Assembly (NCBI GenBank): GCA_050273025.1
Contig: CP158636.1
Location: forward strand, 1,178,001-1,242,000
DNA length: 64,000 bases
Source: Cenococcum geophilum
Lineage: Eukaryota
Direction: 5' to 3'
Shown: in pieces, positions 11,401 through 23,800 of the stretch
Layout of the letters: each line of letters starts with the position of its first letter
How positions within the stretch are numbered: the stretch's first letter is position 1
Notes under the pieces: model-generated
The model's database searches: none
What the model was told of the DNA's origin: nothing
Seen by the model: the letters and a program-made list of their open reading frames with translations, nothing else
Translations under genes and position numbers: made by a program

Positions 11401-13932
11401 CTAAAAGCTCGTTTTTTAATATTGGGTAGGGTCTCTTATAAGGTAGCATTTTTCCTTATTTAATGTTAATGGTATAGTTATTAGGTTAATATAGGGGGAG
11501 TATATCTGCGCTCTTTTATAAGCATATATCAGTAAAGTTGTGGTACCTCTTAGGGAGGAGCTTACGGAGTTCTTTATTAGTAAGTCCTTTTTTAAGCTTT
11601 ATAAACTTCTTAAAGTCTAAAGATAAAAGTCCGTAGAGTTCCGTAGGGGCGTTGTCTTCTAAAAGGTTAACTATATCTATCCTATTACTATAAAGGACGT
11701 AGTCCTATTCTTTATTAAGCTTATATAGTTATAATCGGGAAGCTATAGTAACGGTCTAGCCTTTCTTATATACTATGCGGTAGAAGGCTAGGGCACTTAT
11801 ATAGTAGCAGTTAGTTATAGGTAGGATAATAAGGGGTTCCTTAGGTTAATATCCTAGGGAGTAAATAAAGGCGGCTAGGCCATGCCCTAGGCAAGTTTCT
11901 CTACAGTATTTAGAGTTAAAGGTTACTTCTCTCTTCTTCCAGTTAATAGCAGGGTTGTATTATTCGAGCCAGTTTATTTTAAGGATAATAGGGTAGTTAG
12001 CAAGTAGTATTATATAGGCCTAGAGTTCTTTCTAGTGCCTATTTATATCTAGGTAAAGTTATACTATATAGGTAATCTTCTATATAGTATAATTACTATT
12101 AGCAAGTTATAGGGCGCGGACTTTAGTAAGGGGTAAGGTAGGTAGGTTATAAGTGCATATAAATTAGGTATCTATAAATTTATTAGTAGCTTCGCAATTA
12201 ATTATAGAACGGCTTTTATATTATTTTTTAGCAGTAGTTCCTATTATAGGTAAAACTATCTATTTCCGTTTATTTATCTTTATAGAGTTATCTATTAAGT
12301 AAGCCAATATATAAATCCCTCTATTGTTAGGGCGTCCTAACCTATAACTTAGGGCTAGGACTTGGCGTTTTCCGTTTCCGTATCCAACTCTACCGCTATT
12401 ACTGCGTTTTCGTCTTATACGGTAGTAGCGTATAGCAACGTATTTAGTGTTTGGGGTATTAGGTTAAGTATTAGGCGGCGGCTACTAAACCTAGCTATTA
12501 GGTAGTTTAGGTTATCGCGATAATAGCTTTCTTAATAACATCTATAGCAGCGTCCTAGTTTCCAGAGTAGCTCGCGCTCTCCATCTAGGAGTTTCTATAG
12601 GAAGGTTAGTATAGAGAAATCGATATTAGTTCCGGTAGTACTTAAGGTAGTAGGCGTTGGTGGCTTAATATATATGGGTTTAGTAGGCCTAAGGGGCTTC
12701 TATAAAGAGGTCTTTAAGTAAGGGTTAGCAGTAGCTATCTAATTTAGTTATTGTTTAATCTTCTATAAAGCTGCTACTATATTATAAACATTATTATAGT
12801 TATAGCTGGCGGCTACGTAACTAAGGCGATAAGTAACTTTTTTAAGGAGGTCCTTTTAGTCTTTAGTATTATCTCAGGCAAGGGCTCCGGTATATTCCTG
12901 GAATTTAATATAGAATTTATTAAATAATTCGGTAGGGCTTATCTTTAGGGCACGTAGTTTAGCTCGGTTGATGGCTAGTAGGTTAAGATTATTAAGGACT
13001 TCTTAGTAGGACTACTACTTCTAGGGGCTACTAGTTTCCTATTAGGCGAAGAGTCTGTTAAACGGTATACCCTTTATTTACCCAATAATATAGCCAATCT
13101 TAATGTCTTCCGTAGGAAAAAGGCAGGCGCTCTAAGTTAGTTTCTTACGGATTTATATCTTCTAGTAGCTCTATTCCTTACGGTCTCCCTAAAAAACTAG
13201 GGGATTAGGGTAGCGTATATTAGACCCTATAGTAGCAGTTTAGGTCCAATTATTATGGCTTTTGTTATCGCTACTTTAGTAGGGGTTCCTATTAGGTAAA
13301 GCTACTTAGCGCTAGCCCTCTATTAAGCGTTAAGTAGGTAAAGTTGCTAGGGGCGTAGAGACTTAAATGGCGTTATATATAGTAGAGAGGTGTCTAGCAT
13401 TGTTACGAATGTGCTCGTTAAGCTAAGATTATAGGTATTTAATTATGCCTTCTCTTTTAGTAACCGTAGCAATTAGTACAATCTTAGCCTTCTTTAACTA
13501 TTAGACGTCGCGTTTAGATATATAAAGGTTATCTTTAGTTTCTTATTATATATTATTAGTGAGCGCCTTACAAGCTTATAGGTCTTAGATAATATCGCGA
13601 TTTTAGGCAGTATACATCTCGGCTCGTATAAGCTTTAGATAATAGTTCTGTAAAAGGTGGTAGTATTTATTAGGGTTTTATGCTACTATTTTTACAAACA
13701 TCTTAGTGTCTTATATTTTGATTTTAATAGGTAGTAGCTCTTCTGTTTACTTATCCGTAGTTATATAGTTAATAAAAGATAAAACATTATTAGTGTCCGT
13801 CTCCTTAGGGGTTAAGGCTAGGGCTAATAAATTAAATTCTCCTAGGATTAATTGGCGTCGTAGGTTAGGTATAGGTATTAGATTGTTCTTTAGGTTTAAT
13901 ATAGTAGCTAGTAAGGAATATTGTCTTACTAT
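8440..13932 (-). pseudogene. gag-pol: Gypsy B gag-pol with C-terminal chromodomain
   Basis: RT SAYLDDILIYS is intact near 10965-11000. Chromodomain EWTIKRIINSKYFG..LYYRA..PE*QL*EDF near 8460-8630. Integrase C-terminal region near 8720-8840. Ends approximate. Confidence 0.9.
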
Positions 13933-14060
13933 TATGGGTTCCTTAGAAGTATAAAGTAAGGTAATTCGTAGATACGCTACTTTTGGCAGCGCCTATAGTA
14001 TTATAGAGATATAGAATTGGTCGTAGGCTAAGCGTTGGTAGTAAAAAAGGCGCAACGTAA

Positions 14061-14253
14061 TGTTATAGGACGGGGGCAGTGGCTACAAAGCGTATATATT
14101 CGAGGAGTCTACAAGACGTTACGCGATCGATCGTAAGGGTCGAGGGCGTAAGGAGGTAATATACCTACGCGTAGCTGACATAAGCTGTACGCGAGGTGTA
14201 CGCGAGAGCACGGGGCTCTCCTATAGAGGCCCCTACGGTAGGGTTCCGTAACA
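14061..14253 (-). repeat. Gypsy B 5' LTR
   Basis: Direct repeat of 7912-8104. Confidence 0.95.
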
Positions 14254-17200
14254 GGCTGCCTTCTATTTATCGCCTTCCTTAATCCTAATCTAATAGTATG
14301 CCTATCTTAGATCTATCTTCGTGAAGATTTATACGTTGCCTATCCTATCTTAGATTTCGCTAATTAAGGGTAAAGGATACCTATCCTTTCTAGTAATGCT
14401 GTTTAACTACCTATAGTCGATATACAGCCTTAGTTTGCTATTCTTCTTTGGTATAAACAGTACTAAATAACCTACTAATAACTGCGATGGTCTAATATAT
14501 CCCTTTTATAGGTTTTCCTAGATAAACTCTTTTAGTGCTCTACCTTCTTCTTTAGTAAGCTTATAGATTGGAAAGAATTTTAGACTTATTCCTAGTTTTA
14601 ATTCTATCTTATAGTTCTATACTATATACTCTAATAGCTTTTTACTTTCTAGTAACTATAGTTTCTTACTATACTTATAGTATCTTTTCGGTATATAACT
14701 TAAGCCTTACTTAGTCTCTTTATATATCGCTCCAACTTAATACTATACTAACTTAGCTTATTATTATATCTTATAGCGTTAAGTATCTCTAATATTAACC
14801 TAACCTATAATCTAATTGATTTTTGGATTATATTCCTATAACTAAGGCATCCCTAATACTGCCTTATTCTATCCTAATAGTAGGATATTAAAAGATATCT
14901 TAATTTGTCTCTTTTTGATAGTTATCTAAATAGGTCCTATTTTAAGGTTAATGATCCCTCCTCTATAGGTTATTGGATCTCCTAAAATTATAACTAATAG
15001 GTAAGGTTATTCCTTTTATCTATAAGGTAAACCTATTCTCTTAACTGCTACTAGTAAGATATAGTTCTGCGTTACTCTACTATCTATTAGCGCTTCAAAC
15101 TACTAATCTTACTATTTAACTCGTAAATTTAGGTATTATCCTTAAATTCCTTTAAGGGTCTAAGGCTCTACTACTGGCTTCCTTTAGTCCCGTAGGCCTC
15201 CACTTTTCCTAACTATTAGCTGCTTAATCCTAGTGCACTTAGCTTACTCTTTAGCCAATACCTAGTTTACTTTTTGTCTTTAATATACTATAGATATATA
15301 TTTTCTAGGCACTTCTACCACTATTGTCCGTCTAAGCATTCTTCTATAAGGAATCTTCCTAGTTAAAGTATTAAATTTTCTTCCTTTTGGACTTCTGTGG
15401 GATGCCATCTATATATATATTTAGCATTTCTGTATTATTGCTTATCCTATATCCAATACATCCTTATAGGGTATTTCCGATTTTTTTCCTTCGGATTCTT
15501 ATGCATTTTGTATATATTATCCACGCATGTAATCCATAATAGCGTATAGTGTGCTAGGTACTTTAGGTTAACTTTTAACTTATTTTTATCTTTAAGTTTA
15601 AACCTTTATCGTACTAATCTAAACGTTATAACTTTATTCACAGGTACTAAGATACGTCTCTTACTTCTTTAGTCCTTTAATTATTCCTTTAGATCCTTTA
15701 ACGTTATAATTAAGGCTCCTTTAATATAACTTATGGCCTTCTCTATAATTAGGTGGTCTTAGATAACTTTCTTATCTAACTATATATAGAAATCTTCCCA
15801 CTTATTATTGTGTCGCTGTCTATACTACTTTTAGTATAGCTATTAGAGTATATACGGCTTGTCCGTAAGGAAGTATCTTCTTATTACTATATTATAATAG
15901 CCCTTTATATGTCGTTCTTTAAACCTAGTAGGAATTTCTAAATCCTCTTCGTTTTCTAGTTTGGTAAGCCACTTAGCTCTTAGTGTGCCTGCCCTAGGCC
16001 TATTGGTAATTCTTTATATTAGCGCTCTATCCCTTATACGTCCTAATATACTAGATCTCTTGTCTAGTTTCTGTTCTTACTATATAATAATTCTTTGCCT
16101 AAACTCTTCTATGGTTTCTTTTGGTTTATATCTTATAGATTAATCCTTAAAATCTTCTTACTTCTTAATCTTAGTATTAACTTTTTAATCTTTAGGCCGA
16201 ATACTATATTCCCCTAGTAAGTCTTCTAGGTCTATATATCTGTCTCCTAGTCTAATCACTGTTTACGCTGCAGATTCTCTAATTTATAAAGAAGCCTCTT
16301 ACCTCTTGCTTATAGGTGCCTTTATTTATACTCTAAATCTTTAGTCCCTTAGATTCTTTAATCCTAAACTTGCTTTTCTTAAGCTTTACTCTAGCCTTAA
16401 TTTAACTAGGCTTACTTAGTATTCTTATCTTGTTTTAAGAATCTTAAATCTTATTTATCTTATCTTAAGAGTCTTATGCTTTTAGAAAACTTTATCCTAA
16501 GCTTATTTATATATTACTAAACTAAGCCATTACTCTGCTCTATTGGTTATCGTCTATTATAGGTCCTTAAGCTTGCCTTATCTTATCTTAAGAATCTTAG
16601 TTATTTTGCATCTCTTTATAAGAGTCTTAAGTCTTTGGCCTTTTGCCTTTATTAAGTGCTAAAGTAGCTTGCTATCCTACTTCTCTTATGTCTTATAAAG
16701 CAATAGACATTATATCTAGTGGGGTCTCGATCCCTACTAATGTTCCTCGTTTTGTAGTGGAATTATCCTCTACCTTTGGTATAATATCTCTAATAGCTGC
16801 GCGTTCCTAGTAAACCGCCTTTATTACCTTATTGTTATAAAATATTTCGCCTTTATTAAATTTATCGTCCCTAATATCCGATCTGTAAACTAGTTTATTG
16901 GTTCCTTTATATTCTGCTAAATATAGCTCTTATAGCTAATAGCTTGCACTATACTTAGCGTCCTTATAAATTTAGTATATGTTATTATAACAAAATATAA
17001 AACTTCTAATTAAACATTCCTTTGTTCCTCGCAGTATATTATTATCCCTCTATATATATATATCGTCTGCTAGTCTTGTCCCTTTTACTATATAGTAACT
17101 CTACCCACTTTTATAGTCTCTAATGTAGTAACCTTATTTTCTACAATTTATATAAGCTCCCTCTTTAAACTATTTTTCTTATTATAGAGTCCGCCTAAAT

Positions 17201-18205
17201 ATCTTCTGCTACTAAGATCCCTGGTTTAGCCTCTGCTCTTTAGACCTTTAATTACTTAATCCTTATCCTCTGGGTTTCTATGGTTGTTTACTCTATCTCT
17301 TATAAGCTTCTTTAGTACCGCTTAGGTCTATTAGCTCTACGCTATACTATAGTTTTTAACTTAGCTTTAGTTATTACGTGCTCTGCGCCTTATATAACTG
17401 TAGAACTCTATCTTAGCCTCTCTTAGCCTATTCCCTTTAGTAGATCTAATTATTAATCTTAATTACTTAATCTATTAGTTCCCTTAGGGTGTCCGTATCT
17501 TCTATTAGGATAATTACATCCTAGACTTTAGCCTTAAGTCCCTATTTATACTGTGCTATAAGCGCCCTATTATTTTACTCTATTTGCATCGCTAACATCT
17601 AGAACTACGTTATGTATTTAATTGCTAAGGTTTGTTGCGTAATATCTTGGAGTTTTTTTTCCGCTATGGTTACCGCCTCTAGGTCTCTAAATATTTGTGT
17701 AAGTTATTTTATAAATCTATTCTAGCTTAAGAACATAAACCATACCTCTTAGTTTATAGTTGTTATTCTATTTACCTGGATTTCCGTAAGGTAAGACTTA
17801 AACCATTTAAGTGCTCTTCCTATTAGGAATAATCCTATATACGCTATTTAATCCATAGGTATTGCCAGCTTTGCTCCCTCTTGCGCAACCTTAAAGTATA
17901 TTTGTGTAAGGAATCCTTTAAGCTTTAACTTCTCTCCTAAGAATCTTTTAATTAATAGTAACTTAACCTTTGCTACGCCTATTCCGTTAATCCTATTTTC
18001 TAATATTATATTATTTTCTATTAACTGGTTAACTATCTCTTATAATTATCCAACCGTTATAGGTTGCTGTAAGTTAGTGTCTGCTATACTAGTGTTATTA
18101 CCTAACCTTAAAGTAGTTGCCGCCGTTAATAGCGTTGTGGTGGCTGCTTTTAGTAGTATATTGTTTAACTTTCTATATTTAATACCATAACTGTAGTAGT
18201 AATTG

Positions 18206-18703
18206 TGTAACGGAACCTTGTAGTAGGAACTATAATAGGCTTATTAATAGGCTAGGTATATAGGAAATATAAGTATAAAAGTTAACAACGTAATAATAAC
18301 TGGTGGAGTGGTTACCTAATAGATTAACTCTAATTATATTCTAAGAATTACTATAAGGAAGGAACTATCTAGGTAGGGACTAAGGGTCCTTAAATATATA
18401 ACCGTACTCCTATAAAATCCTCCTTATACGCGATATACGTATACTCTACCTACTCTATTATAGATTATATAGATTATACAGATTATATAGATTACACAGA
18501 TTATATAGATTATACAGATTATATAGATTACACAGATTATATAGATTACACAGATTATATAGATTATATTATGTAACCTTAGCTACTATTCCTTGTTATA
18601 TAGTTCTATCGGCTCTATCCTAGACCGTGCCTATATTAACCAACTAGCTTCTTCCGACTCTTCTCTAAGTAGTTATAATATTGTACTTAAAGCGTCCGTA
18701 ACA
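18206..18703 (-). repeat. A1 5' LTR (498 bp, expanded 10-bp AGATTAYAYA array)
   Basis: TGTAACGGAACC...GCGTCCGTAACA; tandem array at ~18460-18570. Confidence 0.95.
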
Positions 18704-19620
18704 TAATATCTATCTTAAAGGAGATTAGTATAGGGCTCTTAACCTTCTAAACTTAGGCCTAGGGAAGCTTCTACTATAAAGGTAGTATTAATACTAGTAG
18801 CTAGTATAGGCTTTTTAATGGGGCTTAGGTCTTAAGCTAGTGGTTAGTTTAAATTACTTAAAGGGGTAGGCCTACTTAGCTTATAAGCAGTTTATACACT
18901 ACTACTATACTAATTATAGGCCGGTAGTCTTCCGGGAGAGTTCTAGTTAGTTCCCTAGTTAGACGCGTTAGTATATTTCTCTAGTATTTCTAGCTTAGGG
19001 AAAGATTTTAGAGTTACCTCTAGCGCTTAATTTTATAATTAGCCTAGGTAGGGCCGAAGGGGCTTTAGTTACTTTTTAGTAGCGTTATAACCATTATAGA
19101 GGGTATCTATGTTTTCCTTAGCGGTAACTATAGGTATATAAGAGTCTTTAAGCTTCTAGAGCATCTAGGTATTAGGGCTTATTCGGCCGTCTTACCTAGA
19201 GGGTTATATTGTCGCAATCTTTGGCTGTTAGAGGGACCTTCCTACCTTTACGCAACGGCTTTCTATAAGGTTTTCGTGGAGTTTCCATTTAGGTTATTAT
19301 AAGATTTTAAGGGAGAATAGTAGTTATAAATAAAAGATATAAATAAAAGAATCTAGTCCTTAAAGCCGACTACCCTTCTAAAAAGGAGTAGAAAGGATTT
19401 AAATATAAGGGGATTTTATAGATAGGGGGCTATAAGGACACGATTGTAGAATAGGATAGATTAGTAAAAGAGATAAATCCTTAAGGAGGTAAAGCCTTTA
19501 GGATTGTAGAGACTATATAATATGGGTATATACCTCCGATACGTAACTAGTAACTATTTAAGGGGCGTTTAGGGGTTGTCCTAAGGGTAACCTAAGGTGT
19601 CTGCAATAATATCCCTTATA
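18704..19620 (-). mobile_element. Gypsy family C 5' end: gag N-terminus (ATG at 19288) and probable 5' LTR 19298-19620
   Basis: Minus strand METPRKP.. starts at 19288. The segment 19298-19620 is bounded by TATAAG..CTTATA (RIPed TGTAAG..CTTACA). The family E integrase breaks off exactly at this end. The partner LTR is not in the window. Confidence 0.55.
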
Positions 19621-20113
19621 TATAACGGAACCTTATAGCAAGAACTATAATAGGCTTATTATTAGGCTAGGTGTATAGGTGATACAAATTAAAGTTAACA
19701 ACGTAATAGCAATTGGTGGAGTGGTTGCCTAATAGATTAACTTTAATTATATTCTAAGAATTACTATAAAGAAGGAACTATCTAGGTAGGGACTAAGGGT
19801 CCTTAAATATATAACCGTACTCCTATAAAATCCTCCTTATACGTAATATACGTATACTCTATCTACTCTATTACGGATTATATAGATCCTATAGATTATA
19901 TAAATTACGTCACGTGACCTTAGTTACTATTCCTCGTTATATAGCTCTATCGGCTCCATTTTAGACCGTACCTAAATTAACCAACTAGCTTCTTCTAACT
20001 TCTCTCTAAGTAGTCGTAATATTATACTTAAAGCGTCTATAACACTATCTCCCTCCTCTTTATCTTTATCCTTAAAGATCCGAAATATCTCTAAGTCGTT
20101 TACTAGAGGTATA

Positions 20114-20857
20114 ATGTCCGTCTAATTAATTTAATTAATATTATTACTTATTATACCTAAAGCAATTTCTTCCTCTTTAACTGCTTGTCGTGTCCGCACT
20201 ATTGCTGTAATATTATCTCTTAGTAAGATTATACTATCTCCATATTCTCGCTATTTAAAAGAGGGGTTAGTCTATATTACGTTGGCAAACCCATCCTTAT
20301 AATAACCGTTCTCTTATTTAAAGTGCACTAAAGTGAATATTTGTTCGTCCTATAACGTTCGCTCTATCTCTAATGCTAAATATACGCGACCTATTACTCT
20401 TAATAGTCGTCTGGTTCCCTAATTAATTTGTTTTAGGGTCTTATATTTAATCTACTGCTACGCGGCTAAATAATAAACTATTTATTACTCTAGCGGAGTT
20501 ATATTATTCTTATAATATAGATCGGGAGGCTGCTAAAGCTTAATAAAGAGCCCTTAACTCTCGCCTAGCTGCGTCTACTTAGTTAATCCGTCTTAAAAAG
20601 GGTTATAAGAAGGTCCGTTTTAAGGAGTAGAAGCTTATAAAATAGGGTCTGTAGGAACTTGGTAATAAAAGAACGGATTCTCTTCTTACTAAGAAGAAAA
20701 CAGATCCGAGTAGTTCGGCAACTACTCTTCTTAGGTCCCCTTAGGTAACTTATTCTTTAGCGATCCTTCTTTATTAATATTACCTAACCTAATCTCTTCC
20801 GATACTCCTATACCTTTCCTATAGCGTTCTTTAAATTTTCTAGTAGCTCCTAGGTAG
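20114..20857 (+). pseudogene. A2 antisense accessory ORF, RIP-inactivated
   Basis: ATG at 20114; aligns codon for codon with the A1 and A5 copies. Confidence 0.65.
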
Positions 20858-23800
20858 TCTTGTTATAGCCTATCCACTTAACTTTATACCATATTTCATC
20901 GTTAATGTCCTTATAATTAACGATTTTTAAAACTTGCTATTTGTCTTCTTCTTATTCTCTATATATGTCTGCTTTATAAACTAGTGGCTTAATATTCCCG
21001 TATACTGGCTCTAGTATTGCGATATACTATATAGGGTAGATCTTTATTTTAGCTGGTAGGTTTAACTTAAACGTAATCAGTAAAATCTTCTATGTAATTT
21101 TAAAAGGTCCTAGTCTAACGTAGTCCAACTTCTTACTTAGTTATTAACTCTTGAAATTTTTATATAGTAGCTATACTTTATCTCCCTTCTTAAGATCTGG
21201 TCCCTTAGATCTCTTAACATTATAATACTTATTTTTTTTTATACTTTCTTTACTAATTCCATAAGGTCTATATAAAGATTTATTAACATCTTTATTCTTT
21301 CTTTAGCTATACTACTCGTTTTCTTCACTTACTATAATAATAATGATATTCTTAACTTATATCAGTAATTTGCCTTAAATAGTAATATACCTATTCCTTC
21401 TTATAGTGTTATATTGTATATAAACTATATAATTAGTAATAGTAATACCTAATTGTTCTGTACGTAATTAATATAGTGCCTTAAATACTGCTCTAGTGTC
21501 TAATTTAATCTTTTCGTTTAGCTATCTGTTTACAAATAATATATAGTAAAAGTTGCTACTCTAACTCCTTGTTCCGCTAAGAATACCTCCTAAAATGCTA
21601 CTATAAATCTTAGATCTCTATCCAATATAATTTTACTTAATACTCTATACCTTATAAATACTTCCTTAATATAGATTCTAGCAATATCTTCTACTAATAT
21701 TTCTTCTATATATGCTATAAAGTATCCCCACTTTATAAGCTTATCTACTATTACTAAGATCGCGTTATAATCTTACTTAGTAATAGGATCTTTTAACTTT
21801 AGTAACTTAATAATAAAGTCCTATAATATAACCTCCTATAGTCTCTCTAGTATTTTAATAGGTTATAACCCTCTATATAGTTTATGCCTTATTAGTTTAT
21901 TTCTTTAGTAATCTAAATATTCTTTTATAACTTTCCACGTTAAGCCCTAAATTCTATTAATAATATATTCCTCTTAAAGTCTTAACACTAAGCCTATAGC
22001 TTTATTATGTCCTTAAGTTATTCCCTTATAGAATTCTTCTATAAAATGCTCTACTATGCTTTTTAGGATATACTTCGCTTCTTAATTTTCGTATATATCC
22101 GTCTATAGATCTTCTAGTTATGCCTTTAGAATTCTTTATACCTAAAAGCTTTCTAATAACTTATAAACCCTATCTAGTTTCTCTTAAGTTACTGTAATTT
22201 TTGGATAATTATACCTAATTAATCCGTTTATATCTTTTTATAATAAAGCCCCTAATAGCTTTTTATTGTTTTATCGTTTAGCCTTTTAACTTAAAGCGTC
22301 TACTTATGTATTATCTGTACCCTTAGTATACTAAATCTTAAAATAGTATTCTATAAGCATCTCTGCCCATCTAACCTATCTTTAGTTAAGTTTCTTTATC
22401 GTTAGGAATCCTATTAAGTTTTTATAATCCATCTTAACTATAAATAGTCTTTTTATGCCTTGTAAGAATGCTCTTTATTTCTTTAGTACTATAACTATAC
22501 CTAATAACTCCTTATTATAGATGTTATAGTTTAACTTTAGTAGTATTATCTTCCGACTATAGTATACCACTAGGTGCTATCTATCTTAATATTTTTATAT
22601 AAAGTATACTCCTAGTATATAGTCTAATATATCCGTTTCTATAACCGTCTCTAGTTCTAGTTAATAGATCTTAAGAACTAGCTCCTAGGTAAATAATTTT
22701 TTAACTTTTTTTAAATAATTTCTGCTGTTTCTCTCCCTATACCCACAGTTCTCCTTTTTTTGTTAATTGCGTAAACGGCTTAATATCCTTTAACTATTGC
22801 GCTATAAACCTTCTATAGTAATTATAAAACCCTAAAAATAATTTTAACTGCGTAATATTCTCTAGTTCTTACTAATTTACTATAGCCTTAATTTTCTTTA
22901 AATCTATACTAAGTTGGCTTAGTTTAATAATAAATCTAACGAAATTGGTCTTCCTTATAAAGAACTCGCATTTCTTAATTGCTACCAGCATCTATTCTTC
23001 TTATAGTCTCTTTAAGACCTATTTAATATATTCTCTATATTCTTCCTTAGTTATTAAGTAGATAATAATGTTATTAAGATATACTATAATAAATTCATCT
23101 AAATATTCTCCTAATACGTTGTTAATACGCTTCTAGAACATTGCTAGTGTATTTATAAGCCTAAATTGTATAACTAATGGTTTATATAGTCCTTCCTTTA
23201 ACCTAAAGGCTACCTTTTATTTATCGCCTTCCTTAATCCTAATCTAATAGTACGCCTATCTTAGATCTATCTTTATAAAGATTTACGCGTTGCCTATCCT
23301 ATCTTAGATTTCGCTAATTAAGGGCAAAGGATACCTATCCTTTTTAGTAATATTGTTTAATTGTCTATAATTAATATATAGCCTTAGTTTGCTATTCTTC
23401 TTTAGTATAAATAGTACTAGATAACCCGCTAATAACTACAATAGTCTAATATATCCCTTTTATAGATTTTCCTAGATAAACTCTTTTAATACTCTACCTT
23501 CTTCTTTAGTAAGCTTATAGATTGGAAAGAACCTTAAACTTATTCCTAGTTCTAATTCTATTTTATAGTCCTATACTATATACTCTAACAGCTTCTTACT
23601 TTCTAGTAACTATAGTTTCTTACTATACTTATAGTATCTCTTTGGTATATAACTTAAGCCTTACTTAGTCTCTTTATATATCGCTCTAACTTAGTACTAT
23701 ACTAACTTAGTTTGTTATTATATCTTATAGTATTAAATATCTCTAATATCGACCTAACCTATAATCTAATTAATCTTTAGATTGTATTCCTATAACTAAG

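Larger units (their letters stand above)
7912..14253 (-). mobile_element. Ty3/Gypsy chromovirus family B, full length (6.3 kb, 193-bp LTRs), nested in the A1 RT
   Basis: LTRs 7912-8104 and 14061-14253 (TGTTA..TAACA). TSD GGCTG at 7907-7911 and 14254-14258. PPT complement CTACCCCCTCTCTT at 8105. Confidence 0.96.
5054..18159 (-). pseudogene. gag-pol: A1 gag-pol (interrupted by 6649-7052 and 7912-14253)
   Basis: PR FEALIDSR(G)V near 15090; RT AYLNNIIIY (YLDD) near 7770; chromodomain EEDK**V..YKVK*IGY..T*EP..NLKNA near 5120-5250. Confidence 0.9.
3915..18703 (-). mobile_element. Ty3/Gypsy chromovirus family A, copy A1, full length, containing a MITE and Gypsy B
   Basis: LTRs 3915-4340 and 18206-18703. 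TSD TAATA at 3910-3914 and 18704-18708. PPT complement CTATCTCCCTTCTCTTT at 4341. Order gag-PR-RT-RH-IN-chromodomain on the minus strand. Confidence 0.96.
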
